Below, one piece after another: positions 13,142 to 26,130 of a DNA stretch of 64,000 nucleotides. The stretch comes from Macrostomum hystrix. Its lineage: Eukaryota > Animalia > Platyhelminthes. The stretch covers positions 32,984,001-33,048,000 of the forward strand of contig CATNEN010000038.1 of NCBI GenBank assembly GCA_950097015.1, in the 5' to 3' direction. The notes under the pieces are model-generated. The model had not been told where the DNA came from. It was given only the letters and a program-made list of their open reading frames with translations, and did not search any database. Each line of letters starts with the position of its first letter. Position 1 is the first letter of the stretch. A program made the position numbers and the translations under genes.

Positions 13142-15732
13142 CCGTCCGGTATTCGCAAGGCCCTGACGGAGGCCGTACAGGTGGGTGCCACAGGTTTGGC
13201 GCTGGTTAACCGCGAAATTGAAGATCTGTTGCGCTGTCCACTGCTGCTGACTGAGAAGACTCTGTATTTGAGCCTGACTCGACTAACATTGAGCAGCAAT
13301 CTAATTGCTGTTTTACCTAAAGAGATTGTTCGCTTGGAAAACTTAGAGCATTTCAATTTGTTTAATAATAAACTGACTGCCGTGTGTCCGGAGATTGGAC
13401 AGGTGAGCTTTAAAAATGTCGCCTTAATCCCACTCTCGCCTGAATCTTTCGTCTTAATCCAAATTTCGCCTTCAATGACTCCACTCTCGCCCTAATCCCA
13501 CTCTCGCCCTAATCCCTCTCTCGCCCTAATCCCACGCTCGCCCTAATCCCTCTCTCGCCCTAATCCCACGCTCGCCCTAATCCCTCTCTCGCCCTAATCC
13601 CTCTCTCGCCCTAATCCCTCTCTCGCCCTAGTCCCTCTCTCGCCTTAATCCCTCTCTCGCCCTAATCCCCTCTTGCCTTAATCAATCTCTCGCCTTAATC
13701 AATCTCTGGCCCTAATCAATCTCTGGCCCTAATCAATCTCTGGCCCTAATCCCACTCTCGCCCTAATCAATCTCTCGCCTTAATCAATCTCTGGCCCTAA
13801 TCAATCTCTGGCCCTAATCCCACTCTCGCCTTAATCAATCTCTCGCCTTAATCAATCTCTGGCCCTAATCAATCTCTGGCCCTAATCAATCTCTCGCCTT
13901 AATCAATCTCTGGCCCTAATCAATCTCTGGCCCTAATCCCACTCTCGCCCTAATCAATCTCTGGCCCTAATCAATCTCTCGCCCTAAATCCCACTCTTGC
14001 CTTCAATGTCTCCACTCTCGCCTTAATCCCACTCTCGCCTCAATCTAACTCTCGCCTTAGTCTAACTCTCGCATTAATCCCACTTTTGTCGTTATTGCAC
14101 TTTTACTTAAATCCCATACTCGCCTTTAATTAACTGTAGCTGTAATCCCATACTCATTATCACTTCACTATCACTAATCTTACTCTTGATTTAAGCTTAC
14201 TCTTGCCCTAAATGGTCCTATTCTAGCTTAAAAACAACCTCTCGCCTCATTAACCTATTTAAAAAGTGCATCTCCGTCTGTATACATTTACACAGTTGAA
14301 AAAACTCTACCAACTCAATCTGGGCATGAACCGGCTGTCTGCTCTACCTAAAGAGATTGGCCAACTGCAACAACTTGAGATTCTAGATCTCAGCTACAAC
14401 AATCTGCACGAAGGCGGCTTGTCTGGTGAATTTTTCACCCTAGTATCATTGCGAGCTCTTTACCTGGGCGACAATGATTTCGAACGACTACCAGCGACGA
14501 TTCGATGCTTTAAAAATCTACTTGTGGTAATTTAACTTTAGATTTTCAGTTTTTAGCTTCATTTTGCTTCACCTTATCCCGCATTTATTACGAAACTTGA
14601 AATGGTCACTTGGCTCGACCCTAGACAATTATTCTTCCCTGCTTATTACGTACGTTACTTGTCTCAACAATACCTCTCGCCAGCACCCTGCTTATAATGT
14701 CACTTGACTCGACCCTAGACAATTCCTCTCGCCAGCACCCTGCTTATAATGTCACTTGACTCGACCCTAGACAATTCCTCTCGCCAGCACCCAGCTTATA
14801 ATGTCACTTGGCTCGACCCTAGACAATTCTTCTCGCCAGCACCCTGCTTATAATGTCACTTGACTCGACCCTAGACAATTCCTCTCGCCAGCACCCAGCT
14901 TATAATGTCACTTGGCTCGACCCTAGACAATTCTTCTCGCCAGCACCCTGCTTATAATGTCACTTGGCTCGACCCTAGACAATTCTTCTCGCCAGCAACC
15001 TGCTTATAATGTCACTTGGCTCGACCCTAGACAATTCTTCTCGCCAGCACCCTGCTTATAATGTCACTTGGCTCGACCCTAGACAATTCTTCTCGCCAGC
15101 ACCCTGCTTATAATGTCACTTGGCTCGACCCTAGACAATTCCTCTCGCCAGCACCCTGCTTATAATGTCACTTGGCTCGACCCTAGACAATTCTTCTCGC
15201 CAGCACCCTGCTTATAATGTCACTTGACTCGACCCTAGACAATTCCTCTTGCCAGCACCCTGCTTATAATGTCACTTGACTCGACCCTAGACAATTCCTC
15301 TCGCCAGCACCCAGCTTATAATGTCACTTGGCTCGACCCTAGACAATTCCTCTTGCCAGCACCCTGCTTGATATATTATCTTAAACAATTTTTAAGCTGT
15401 CCCTTCGAGACAACGACCTGGTCGAACTGCCTCCAGAGATTGGCCAGTGCTCCGCATTGCGCGAGCTCCACATGCAGGGCAATCGTCTTATGCTCCTGCC
15501 GCCAGAATTTTCACAACTGGAGCTTAGCGGGCCAGATAGCGTCCTACGCATGACCGATAATCCCTGGGTGGAGCAGATTGCCGATCAGCTATCTCTCGGT
15601 GTTAGTCACGTGATGCAATTCCTGGCAACCGACGCTTACCGAGTGCAGTACACTCGCATGATTAGCGGCAGCTCTTTGAAATATCCACCAAGGGCTAGCA
15701 AAGCCAAGAAGATTAGTAGAAAAGTCAGCTGA
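13142..15732 (+). CDS. RSU1: Ras suppressor protein 1 (LRR); exons 13142-13402, 14296-14526, 15397-15732; start codon uncertain
   Basis: LNLGMNRL, LRALYLGDNDFE, LSLRDNDL, ELHMQGNRL, NPWVEQIADQLSLGVSHV and KKISRK follow RSU1 along its length. Phase-0 GT-AG introns; 275 codons from 13142. An in-frame ATG at 13115 is an alternative start. Confidence 0.9.
13480..14060. repeat. 17-nt minisatellite (CTCTCGCCCTAATCCCA) in RSU1 intron 1
   Basis: Tandem units at 17-nt spacing; most contain CCCTAA, the rest CCTTAA. Confidence 0.9.
14670..15368. repeat. 52-nt minisatellite (~13 copies) in RSU1 intron 2
   Basis: GCCAGCACCCTGCTTATAATGTCACTTGRCTCGACCCTAGACAATTCYTCTC repeated. Confidence 0.95.
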
Positions 15733-16189
15733 ATCGATGAATTGTTTTCTTAAGAACTATCGATAGACAAGTAGAATTTCACAATTTTTTATGCAGATCA
15801 ATGTGCCATCGGAGTGCATGCGCTCTTACTGATTGGTAGTATTTAACAATCTTAACATCATTCTGAATTCGTAGAGAAAAAGTTTTGGTTCTAGATTTTT
15901 CTAAATTTACAATATTCTAATTGAATCATTGATTATTTATGATTGTGCAGATTGTCTCTGCAGTTTTTTATTGCTTCCAATTTGATCTTCAATATTGATT
16001 AGTAGTAAATAATGTACCATGTAATCGTTGCTCACTTTTCCTTTTTATAAAAGACAGACAATTCGAAGCAATTATCTAAGGCTAAACTCTTTTTAACTTT
16101 AGTCAGTTAGGCTTCACTTGAAAATACGAATTTGGCCTTCGCGCCTGTAGCCCAAGGCAGATTATTTTACTCCATTCCACAACACTTTA

Positions 16190-16660
16190 ATTGCCTTGTC
16201 ACGTGACCCACTCACTGGCTATCTGGCCTTCTGCGCCTGCAGCCCTAGACACTTATGGCCCCGTTCCTCAACACCTTTTTGCCTTATGTCACGTGACCCA
16301 CTCACTGGCTATCTGGCCTTCTGCGCCTGCAGCCCTGGACACTTTTATGGCCCCGTTCCTCAACACCTTTTTGCCTTATGTCACGTGACCCACTCACGGG
16401 CTATCTGGCCTTCTGCGCCTGCAGCCCTAGACACTTTTATGGCCCCGTTCCTCAACACTTTCAGCCTTATGTCACGTGACCCACTCACTGGCTATCTGGC
16501 CTTCTGCGCCTGCAGCCCTAGACACTTATGGCCCCGTTCCTCAACACTTTCAGCCTTATGTCACGTGACCCACTCACTGGCTATCTGGCCTTCTGCGCCT
16601 GCAGCCCTAGACACTTATGGCCCCGTTCCTCAACACTTTAAGCCTCATATCACGTGACCC
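16190..16660. repeat. ~90-nt tandem repeat (5 copies plus a partial) between RSU1 and SEH1
   Basis: Units begin GTCACGTGACCCACTCAC at 16198, 16288, 16380, 16471 and 16560. Confidence 0.95.
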
Positions 16661-17339
16661 ACCACCCGCCACCTAGAATTTTTTGTTACCCTTCTTGCTA
16701 TAATGGTGTGATTGTTCATTAATATATATTTGTTAAATGCTGATTTACAGAAAATATTTCTTTTCGCATTAATCCGACAAAGCTAATTATCTTGTCAACG
16801 TGATTTTCTATGTGATTTTTTTATTCGTGGCCAAGGTTTGCCCACCCTTCGAATTCATTTCCGTTTATTAATAGTTTTTTTCTACAGTTCATTCCATCAT
16901 CGGGTTTTCTATTTACTTCCAGTTCTTTTATCTGCAGCAAGGCCATTCAAAGTGCTCATTTTTACTTGTTCTACCTATAGCTGTAATCGATGTAGAGCAT
17001 TCATTATAGTTATTGAGTATAGCCTGTTTGTGACTTTTGATAAATTCGGATATTTTTGTAGCGAAGCTATAAATCTGTATTTTTACATTTTTAAAAGGAT
17101 TTTTTAAACATCTAACATCTAAACTATCAAACTATACCTTTGACACAATGCCTTTTGACTAAAATATATTACTTAACAAAGGTTGTATTTTACTTCTACG
17201 CTTGTTTTGGATGTTCTAATTTCTGTTAATTGTTATGAATGCATCGTTTGAGCTTGCAGATAAGTGAGATAAGTGCGTCGCTTGGGTGGATTAATAAGTA
17301 GCGTGGGCTGACTAGGGAGTTTCGTGGGCGGAATTGTGT

Positions 17340-17645
17340 ATGTTTAGGCGGATTATGTGGGTATTTCGTAGGCGGATTAGTGTGTTCCGTGGGCGGATTA
17401 GTTTGTTCCGTGGGCGGATTAGTGTGTTCCGTGGTCGGATTAGTGTGTTCCGTGGGCGGATTAGTGTGTTCCGTGGGCGGATTAGTGTGTTCCGTGGGCG
17501 GATTAGTGTGTTCCGTGGGCGGATTAGTGTGTTCCGTGGGCGGATTAGTGTGTTCCGTGGGCGGATTAGTGTGTTCCGTGGGCGGATTAGTGTGTTCCGT
17601 GGGCGGATTAGTGTGTTCCGTGGGCGGATTAGTGTGTTCCGTGGG
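17340..17645. repeat. 21-nt minisatellite (GGATTAGTGTGTTCCGTGGGC) upstream of SEH1
   Basis: About 14 near-perfect copies; junctions form GGGCGG. Confidence 0.95.
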
Positions 17646-17821
17646 GCGTTTTTGGGTGTTTCGTGAGCGTATTAAGGTGTATTGCCTGGTCGAATGTTGA
17701 TGAATTGTAGTTAGGTAATTAAGGATAGAAATAAAATGGGTTTGAATAAGGTAGCTCGTGTGCAGTGATTTAACATAATGACAATGCGTTTTAATATTTC
17801 AGCCAATAGCAGGCCGCCGAG

Positions 17822-20800
17822 ATGTTCCAATTGAAAAGCATACCGGTGCAGCATCGCGATCTTATTCACGATGTTGCCTACGACAACTATGGCAAACGCT
17901 TGGCCACCTGCAGCTCTGATCAGACTGTGAAGGTCTGGGATTTGGACTCCGATGGCGAATGGAAGTTAACTTGTTCGTGGCGCGCTCACAACGGCAGCAT
18001 TTGGCGACTGGCCTGGGCGCACCCGGAGTTTGGACAGATACTCGCCACCTGCTCATTTGATAGGTAGATTAGCGTCTGTTCTGTGATCTCAGAATGCCAC
18101 TGTTATCCCAGAAAGCTGGGATCTGGATTATGACAGCTGGGATCTGGATTATGACAGCTGGGATCTGGATTATGACAGCTGGGATCTGGATTATGACAGC
18201 TGGGATCTGGATTATGACAGCTGGGATCTGGATTATGACAGCTGGGATCTGGATTATGACAGCTGGGATCTGGATTATGACAGCTGGGATCTGGATTATG
18301 ACAGCTGGGATCTGGATTATGACAGCTGGGATCTGGATTATGACAGCTGGGATCTGGATTATGACAGCTGGGATCTGGATTATGACAGCTGGGATCTGGA
18401 TTATGACAGCTGGGATCTGGATTATGACAGCTGGGATCTGGATTATGACAGCTGGGATCTGGATTATGACAGCTGGGATCTGGATTATGACAGCTGGGAT
18501 CTGGATTATGACAGCTGGGATCTGGATTATGACAGCTGGGATCTGGATTATGACAGCTGGGATCTGGATTATGACAGCTGGGATCTGGATTATGACAGCT
18601 GGGATCTGGATTATGACAGCTGGGATCTGGATTATGACAGCTGGGATCTGGATTATGACAACTGGATTTATATTCCGAAGGTTGGGATTTACGAGTATAT
18701 TCTGAGGGTTGGGATTTATATTCTGAAGGTTGGGATTTATATTCTGAAGGTTGGGATTTATATTCTGAAGGTTGGGATTTATATTCTGAAGGTTGGGATT
18801 TATATTCTGAAGGTTGGGATTTATATTCTGAAGGTTGGGATTTATATTCTGAAGGTTGGGATTTATATTCTGAAGGTTGGGATTTATATTCTGAGGGTTG
18901 GGATTTATATTCTGAAGGTTCGGATTTGAATTCTGAAAGCTGGGATCTGGACGCTCCACCCTTATTTTTAATTACCTGGAACCAAATCTCAGATCCGTCT
19001 GTATCTGGGAGGAAGTGACAACCACAGCGTCGTCTAGCGGCGGCGGCGGCGGCGTCGGCATCGGAAGCGGTGGCGGCGTAGGTGCCGGCGCGGGAGTAAC
19101 CAGCGGTCGTCCGCTGACTACAACAACTTTTGAGAAACGGGCCCACCTTGTCGAGAGCGCCCTGTCTGTAACTGGCATCCAATTTGCGCCTAGGCATGTA
19201 GGCCTCCAATTAGGCACCTGCAGCAATGACGGCTATTTGAGGATCTATCATTTTAGCGACATTATGCAGATTAACCAGGTTAGGCTCCATTTAATCCCTG
19301 TTTTTAAGCAATGGGATTTCAGAAATCAAGCCAATGGATTTTAGTTATTAAGCAATGGGATTTCAGTTATTAAGCAATGGGATTTCAGTTATTAGGCAAT
19401 GGGATTTCAGTTATTAGGGAATGGGATTTCAGTTATTAAGCAATGGGTATTCAGTTATTAAGCAATGGGATTTCAGTTATTAAGCAATGGGATTTCAGTT
19501 ATTAGGAATGGGATTTCAGTTATTAGGAATGGGATTTCAGTTATTAGGGAATGGGATTTCAGTTATTAGGAGTGGGATTTCAGTTATTAGCAATGGGATT
19601 TCAGTTATTAGGGAATGGGATTTCAGTTATTAAGCAATGGGTATTCAGTTATTATGCAATGGGATTTCAGTTATTAAGCAATGGGATTTCAGTTATTAGG
19701 AATGGGATTTCAGTTATTAGGGAATGGGATTTCAGTTATTAGGAGTGGGATTTCAGTTATTAGGAATGGGATTTCAGTTATTAGGGAATGGGATTTCAGT
19801 TATTAGGAGTGGGATTTCAGTTATTAGCAATGGGATTTCAGTTATTAGGGAATGGGATTTCAGTTATTAAGCAATGGGATTTCAGTTATTAGGGAATGGG
19901 ATTTCAGTTATTAGGAATGGGATTTCAGTTATTAGGGAATGGGATTTCAGTTATTAGGAGTGGGATTTCAGTTATTAGGAATGGGATTTCAGTTATTAGG
20001 GAATGGGATTTCAGTTATTAGGAGTGGGATTTCAGTTATTAGCAATGGGATTTCAGTTATTAGGGAATGGGATTTCAGTTATTAAGCAATGGGTATTCAG
20101 TTATTATGCAATGGGATTTCAGTTATTAAGCAATGGGATTTCAGTTATTAGGGAATGGGATTTCAGTTATTAAGCAATGGGATTTCAGTTATCAGGGAAT
20201 GGGATTTCAGTTATTAAGCAATGGGATTTCAGTTATTAGGGAATGGGATTTCAGTTATTAGGGAATGGGATTTCAGTTATTATGCAATGGGATTTCAGTT
20301 ATTAAGCAATGGGATTTCAGTTATCAGGGAATGGGATTTCAGTTATCAGGGAATGGGATTTCAGTTATCAGGGAATGGGATTTCAGTTATTAAGCAATGG
20401 GTATTCAGTTATTATGCAATGGGATTTCAGTTATTAAGCAATGGGATTTCAGTTATTAAGCAATGGGATTTCAGTTATTAGGCAATGGGATTTCAGTTAT
20501 TAGGGAATGGGATTTCAGTTATTAAGCAATGGGTATTCAGTTATTAAGCAATGGGATTTCAGTTATTAAGCAATGGGATTTCAGTTATTAGGAATGGGAT
20601 TTCAGTTATTAGGGAATGGGATTTCAGTTATTAGGAGTGGGATTTCAGTTATTAGGAATGGGATTTCAGTTATTAGGGAATGGGATTTCAGTTATTAGGA
20701 GTGGGATTTCAGTTATTAGCAATGGGATTTCAGTTATTAGGGAATGGGATTTCAGTTATTAAGCAATGGGTATTCAGTTATTATGCAATGGGATTTCAGT

Positions 20801-23800
20801 TATTAAGCAATGGGATTTCAGTTATTAGGGAATGGGATTTCAGTTATCAGGGAATGGGATTTCAGTTATTAGGGAATGGGATTTCAGTTATTAGGGAATG
20901 GGTATTCAGTTATTATGCAATGGGATTTCAGTTATTAAGCAATGGGATTTCAGTTATCAGGGAATGGGATTTCAGTTATCAGGGAATGGGATTTCAGTTA
21001 TCAGGGAATGGGATTTCAGTTATTAAGCAATGGGATTTCAGTTATTAGGGAATGGGATTTCAGTTATCAGGGAATGGGATTTCAGTTATCAGGGAATGGG
21101 ATTTCAGTTATTAAGCAATGGGATTTCAGTTATTATGCAATGGGATTTCAGTTATTAGGGAATGGGATTTCAGTTATCAGGGAATGGGATTTCAGTTATT
21201 AAGCAATGGGATTTCAGTTATTAAGCAATGGGATTTCAGTTATTAGGCAATGGGATTTCAGTTATTAGGAATGGGATTTCAGTTATTAGGAATGGGATTT
21301 CAGTTATTAGGGAATGGGATTTCAGTTATTAGGAGTGGGATTTCAGTTATTAGCAATGGGATTTCAGTTATTAGGGAATGGGATTTCAGTTATTAAGCAA
21401 TGGGTATTCAGTTATTATGCAATGGGATTTCAGTTATTAAGCAATGGGATTTCAGTTATTAGGGAATGGGATTTCAGTTATTAAGCAATGGGATTTCAGT
21501 TATTAGGGAATGGGATTTCAGTTATTAAGCAATGGGATTTCAGTTATTAGGGAATGGGATTTCAGTTATTAAGCAATGGGATTTCAGTTATCAGGGAATG
21601 GGATTTCAGTTATTAAGCAATGGGATTTCAGTTATCAGGGAATGGGATTTCAGTTATCAGGGAATGGGATTTCAGTTATCAGGGAATGGGATTTCAGTTA
21701 TTAAGCAATGGGATTTCAGTTATCAGGGAATGGGATTTCAGTTATCAGGGAATGGGATTTCAGTTATCAGGGAATGGGATTTCAGTTATTAAGCAATGGG
21801 ATTTCAGTTATTAGGGAATGGGATTTCAGTTATCAGGGAATGGGATTTCAGTTATTAAGCAATGGGATTTCAGTTATTAGGGAATGGGATTTCAGTTATT
21901 AAGCAATGGGATTTCAGTTATCAGGGAATGGGATTTCAGTTATTAAGCAATGGGATTTCAGTTATTAGGGAATGGGATTTCAGTTATTAAGCAATGGGAT
22001 TTCAGTTATTAGGGAATGGGATTTCAGTTATCAGGGAATGGGATTTCAGTTATCAGGGAATGGGATTTCAGTTATCAGGGAATGGGATTTCAGTTATTAA
22101 GCAATGGGATTTCAGTTACTAAGCAATGGAATTTCAGTTATTAAGCAATGGGATTTCAGTTATCAGGGAATGGGATTTCAGTTATCAGGGAATGGGATTT
22201 CAGTTATTAAGCAATGGGATTTCAGTTACTAAGCAATGGAATTTCAGTTATTAAGCAATGGAATTTCAGTTATTAAGCAATGGGATTTCAGTTATTAAGC
22301 AATGGAATTTCAGTTATTAAGCAATGGGATTTCAGTTATTAGCAATGGGATTTCAGTTATTAAGCAATGGGATTTCAGTTATTAAGCAATGGGATTTCAG
22401 TTACTAAGCAATGGAATTTCAGTTATTAAGCAATGGAATTTCAGTTATTAAGCAATGGGATTTCAGTTATTATGCAATGGGATTTCAGTTATTAAGCAAT
22501 GGGATTTCAGTTACTAAGCAATGGAATTTCAGTTATTAAGCAATGGGATTTCAGTTATTAGGAGTGGGATTTCAGTTATTAGCAATGGGATTTCAGTTAT
22601 TATGCAATGGGATTTCAGTTATTAAGCAATGGGATTTCAGTTACTAAGCAATGGAATTTCAGTTATTAAGCAATGGGATTTCAGTTATTAAGCAATGGGA
22701 TTTCAGTTATTATGCAATGGGATTTCAGTTATTAAGCAATGGGATTTCAGTTATTAAGCAATGGGATTTCAGTTATTAAGCAATGGGATTTCAGTTACTA
22801 AGCAATGGAATTTCAGTTATTAAGCAATGGGATTTCAGTTATTAGGAGTGGGATTTCAGTTATTAGCAATGGGATTTCAGTTATTATGCAATGGGATTTC
22901 AGTTATTAAGCAATGGGATTTCAGTTACTAAGCAATGGAATTTCAGTTATTAAGCAATGGGATTTCAGTTATTAAGCAATGGGATTTCAGTTATTATGCA
23001 ATGGGATTTCAGTTATTAAGCAATGGGATTTCAGTTATTAAGCAATGGGATTTCAGTTATTAAGCAATGGGATTTCAGTTATTAAGCAATGGGATTTCAG
23101 TTATTAAGCAATGGGATTTCAGTTATTAAGCAATGGGATTTCAGTTATTAAGCAATGGGATTTCAGTTATTATGCAATGGGATTTCAGTTATTAAGCAAT
23201 GGGATTTCAGTTACTAAGCAATGGAATTTCAGTTATTAAGCAATGGGATTTCAGTTATTAAGCAATGGGTATTCAGTTATTAAGCAATGGGATTTCAGTT
23301 ACTAAGCAATGGAATTTCAGTTATTAAGCAATGGGATTTCAGTTACTAAGCAATGGAATTTCAGTTACTAAGCAATGGAATTTCAGTTATTAAGCAATGG
23401 AATTTCAGTTATTAAGCAATGGGATTTCAGTTACTAAGCAATGGAATTTCAGTTATTAAGCAATGGGATTTCAGTTATTAAGCAATGGGTATTCAGTTAT
23501 TATGCAATGGGATTTCAGTTATTAAGCAATGGAATTTCAGTTATTAAGCAATGGGATTTCAGTTACTAAGCAATGGGATTTCAGTTATTTATTTATTATC
23601 AGTTATTCAGTTATTTATTTATTATCAGTTATTCAGTTATTTATTTATTATCAGTTATTCAGTTATTTATTTAACACACATTGAATTTAATTCAGGTGTC
23701 CCTCTACTGCGAAGCGATCCACACGAAAATGAAGAACTGCTCCTGCATTGCATGGTCTCAGTCGCGCCTACATCCGACACTCATTGCTGCCGGCTGCTCA

Positions 23801-25550
23801 GATGCCACCGCCACTGATGCGGCTTGCAGGGACAGCTTCCAGGTATTCCTGCGGAGAGAGCAGTTCTACTCATTGCTCACATGTATCATGTGTTTGAATA
23901 TCATTTATTTTCATTTAGTTATCCATAGATATGATTATTCAGGATCCTCAAACAATACGAGTATTGATTATCCCAGATACTCAAATATCACCGATTATCC
24001 CAGATACTCAAATATCACCTATTTTCCCAGATCCTCAAATATCACCTATTTTCCCAGATCCTCAAATATGTTTATCCTAAATCCTCATCCCAGATGATCC
24101 CAGATCATCAAGTATGACTATCCCAGATCATCAAGTATGATTCTCCCAGATCCTCAAGTATGATTCTCCCAGATGCTCAAGTATGATTCTCTCAGATCCT
24201 CAAGTATGATTCTCCCAGATCCTCAAGTATGATTCTCCCAGATCCTCAAGTATGATTTTCCCAGATCCTCAAGTATGATTCTCCCAGATCCTCAAGTATG
24301 ATTATCCCAGATCCTCAAGTATGATTATCCCAGATCCTCAAGTATGATTATCCCAGATCATCAAGTATGATTATCCCAGATCATCAAGTATGATTATCCC
24401 AGATCCTCAAGTATGATTATCCCAGATCCTCAAGTATGATTATCCCAGATCATCAAGTATGATTATCCCAGATGCTCAAGTATGATTATCCCAGATCCTC
24501 AAGTATGATTATACCAGATCCTCAAGTGTGATTATCCCAGATCCTCAAGTATGATTATCCCAGATCCTCAAGTGTGATTATCCCAGATGCTCAAGTATGA
24601 TTATCCCAGATCCTCAAGTATGATTATACCAGATGCTCAAGTATGATTATACCAGATGCTCAAGTGTGATTATCCCAGATCCTCAAGTGTGATTATCCCA
24701 GATCCTCAAGTATGATTATCCCAGATGCTCAAGTATGATTATACCAGATCCTCAAGTATGATTATCCCAGATGCTCAAGTATGATTATCCCAGATGCTCA
24801 AGTATGATTATCCCAGATCCTCAAGTGTGATTATCCCAGATGCTCAAGTATGATCTGGGACCTGAAAGGAGCAAAAATTTTTGGGATCGATTATCCCAAA
24901 TCCCTCTAATCTGCTGCATGATTTTTCACATCTGTCACACAATTCATCAATCAAACACCGCCTCGTAGATCTACGAACTGCAAGAGGACAGCCGCAAGTT
25001 TGCCAAAGTGGAATCCTTCTGTCTGACCAAGCCTTCTGAGGTGGGTGTAAACGATCTACAATTCGCTCCTAGCCTGGGTCGCTCATTTCACGTACTGGCT
25101 GTGGCTTCTCAACGCATCAGCCTGTACAAACTCAAGCTGTCCAACAGCTCCGGCGCTGGCGGTGCTGGCGGCTTGCTGATGCCGGCTTCTCAATCTTCGG
25201 CATCGTTGGACGCCTCCTCAGGCGTTGGCGGCACAGGGAGGTACACTCTGACCTGCATTTGCACCCTAGACGATCAGCGCTACCAGATGACCGCTTGGCG
25301 CGTCAGCTGGAATGTTCTCGGCACTGTACTGGCCGGCTCGCTGGAAGATGGCACTGTGCGCCTGTGGCAGGGCAACTATGCCGATCAGTGGAAATGTTTG
25401 ACAACTCTCACGCCTAATGGGGACAGTCAGACGGCTAGCTCCGTTGATTTGAGTCAACAGCAGCAGCAGCAGCAGCAGCCAGTGTCTAGTGGCGTGCCCT
25501 TCGCTAAAATGGGCTCCATCCAAGGCGGCCATCAGGTGGTTTGGAATTAA
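17822..25550 (+). CDS. SEH1L: Nucleoporin/GATOR2 WD40 protein SEH1; exons 17822-18063, 18993-19278, 23696-23842, 24969-25550 (~418 aa)
   Basis: [80 protein letters not shown] and [13 protein letters not shown]. Junction frames are consistent. Confidence 0.93.
18113..18950. repeat. Two adjacent 21-nt minisatellites (AGCTGGGATCTGGATTATGAC ~26 copies; GGGATTTATATTCTGAAGGTT ~12 copies) in SEH1 intron 1
   Basis: Directly visible; the unit switches at ~18660. Confidence 0.95.
19305..23590. repeat. ~22-nt minisatellite (GCAATGGGATTTCAGTTATTAA), roughly 190 copies, in SEH1 intron 2
   Basis: 4.3-kb array filling nearly the whole intron, with variant units in locally repeated patterns. Confidence 0.97.
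23930..24860. repeat. 23-nt minisatellite (CCCAGATCCTCAAGTATGATTAT) in SEH1 intron 3
   Basis: Directly visible tandem array with a degenerate left edge. Confidence 0.95.
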
Positions 25551-25669
25551 TTACTCGCAGTCTGATTGACAGTAGCTGACTAACTTTCTCTGCGTTAGAA
25601 ACTTTTGCCCGGTTCGGCGATTTCAGATTCCCATTCCTCTCCCTACTTCTTCTCCCCACAGAAGCCTCG

Positions 25670-26130
25670 CCATATCCCCTGTCTCTCCCCTGCCTCTCTT
25701 CCCTGTCTCTCTGCCCTGTCTCTTCCCTGTCTCTCTGCCCTGTCTCTCTGCCCTGTCTCTTCCCTGTCTCTACCCTGTCTCTTCCCAGTCTATCTTCCCT
25801 GTCTCTCTGCCCTGTCTCTTCCCAGTCTATCTTCCCTGTCTCTCTGCCCTGTCTCTTCACTGTCTCTACCCTGTCTCTTCCCAGTCTATCTTCCCTGTCT
25901 CTCTGCCCTGTCTCTTCACTGTCTCTACCCTGTCTCTTCCCAGTCTATCTTCCCTGTCTCTCTGCCCTGTCTCTTCCCAGTCTATCTTCCCTGTCTCTTC
26001 CCAGTCTATCTTCCCTATCTCTTCCCCGTCTATCTTCCCTGTCTCTACCCTGTCTCTTCCCTGTCTCTCCCCTGTCTCTACCCTGTTCCTTCCCTGTCTT
26101 ACCCTCTCTCTACCCTGTCTATTTCCAGTC
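25670..26130. repeat. Pyrimidine-rich low-complexity repeat (CCCTGTCTCT variants) downstream of the SEH1 stop
   Basis: Directly visible. Confidence 0.85.

Noticed and set aside
14670-16660. 52-nt and 90-nt repeats as possible CRISPR arrays
   Set aside because: Head-to-tail units with no unique spacers, no cas genes, and a eukaryotic intron/spacer context.
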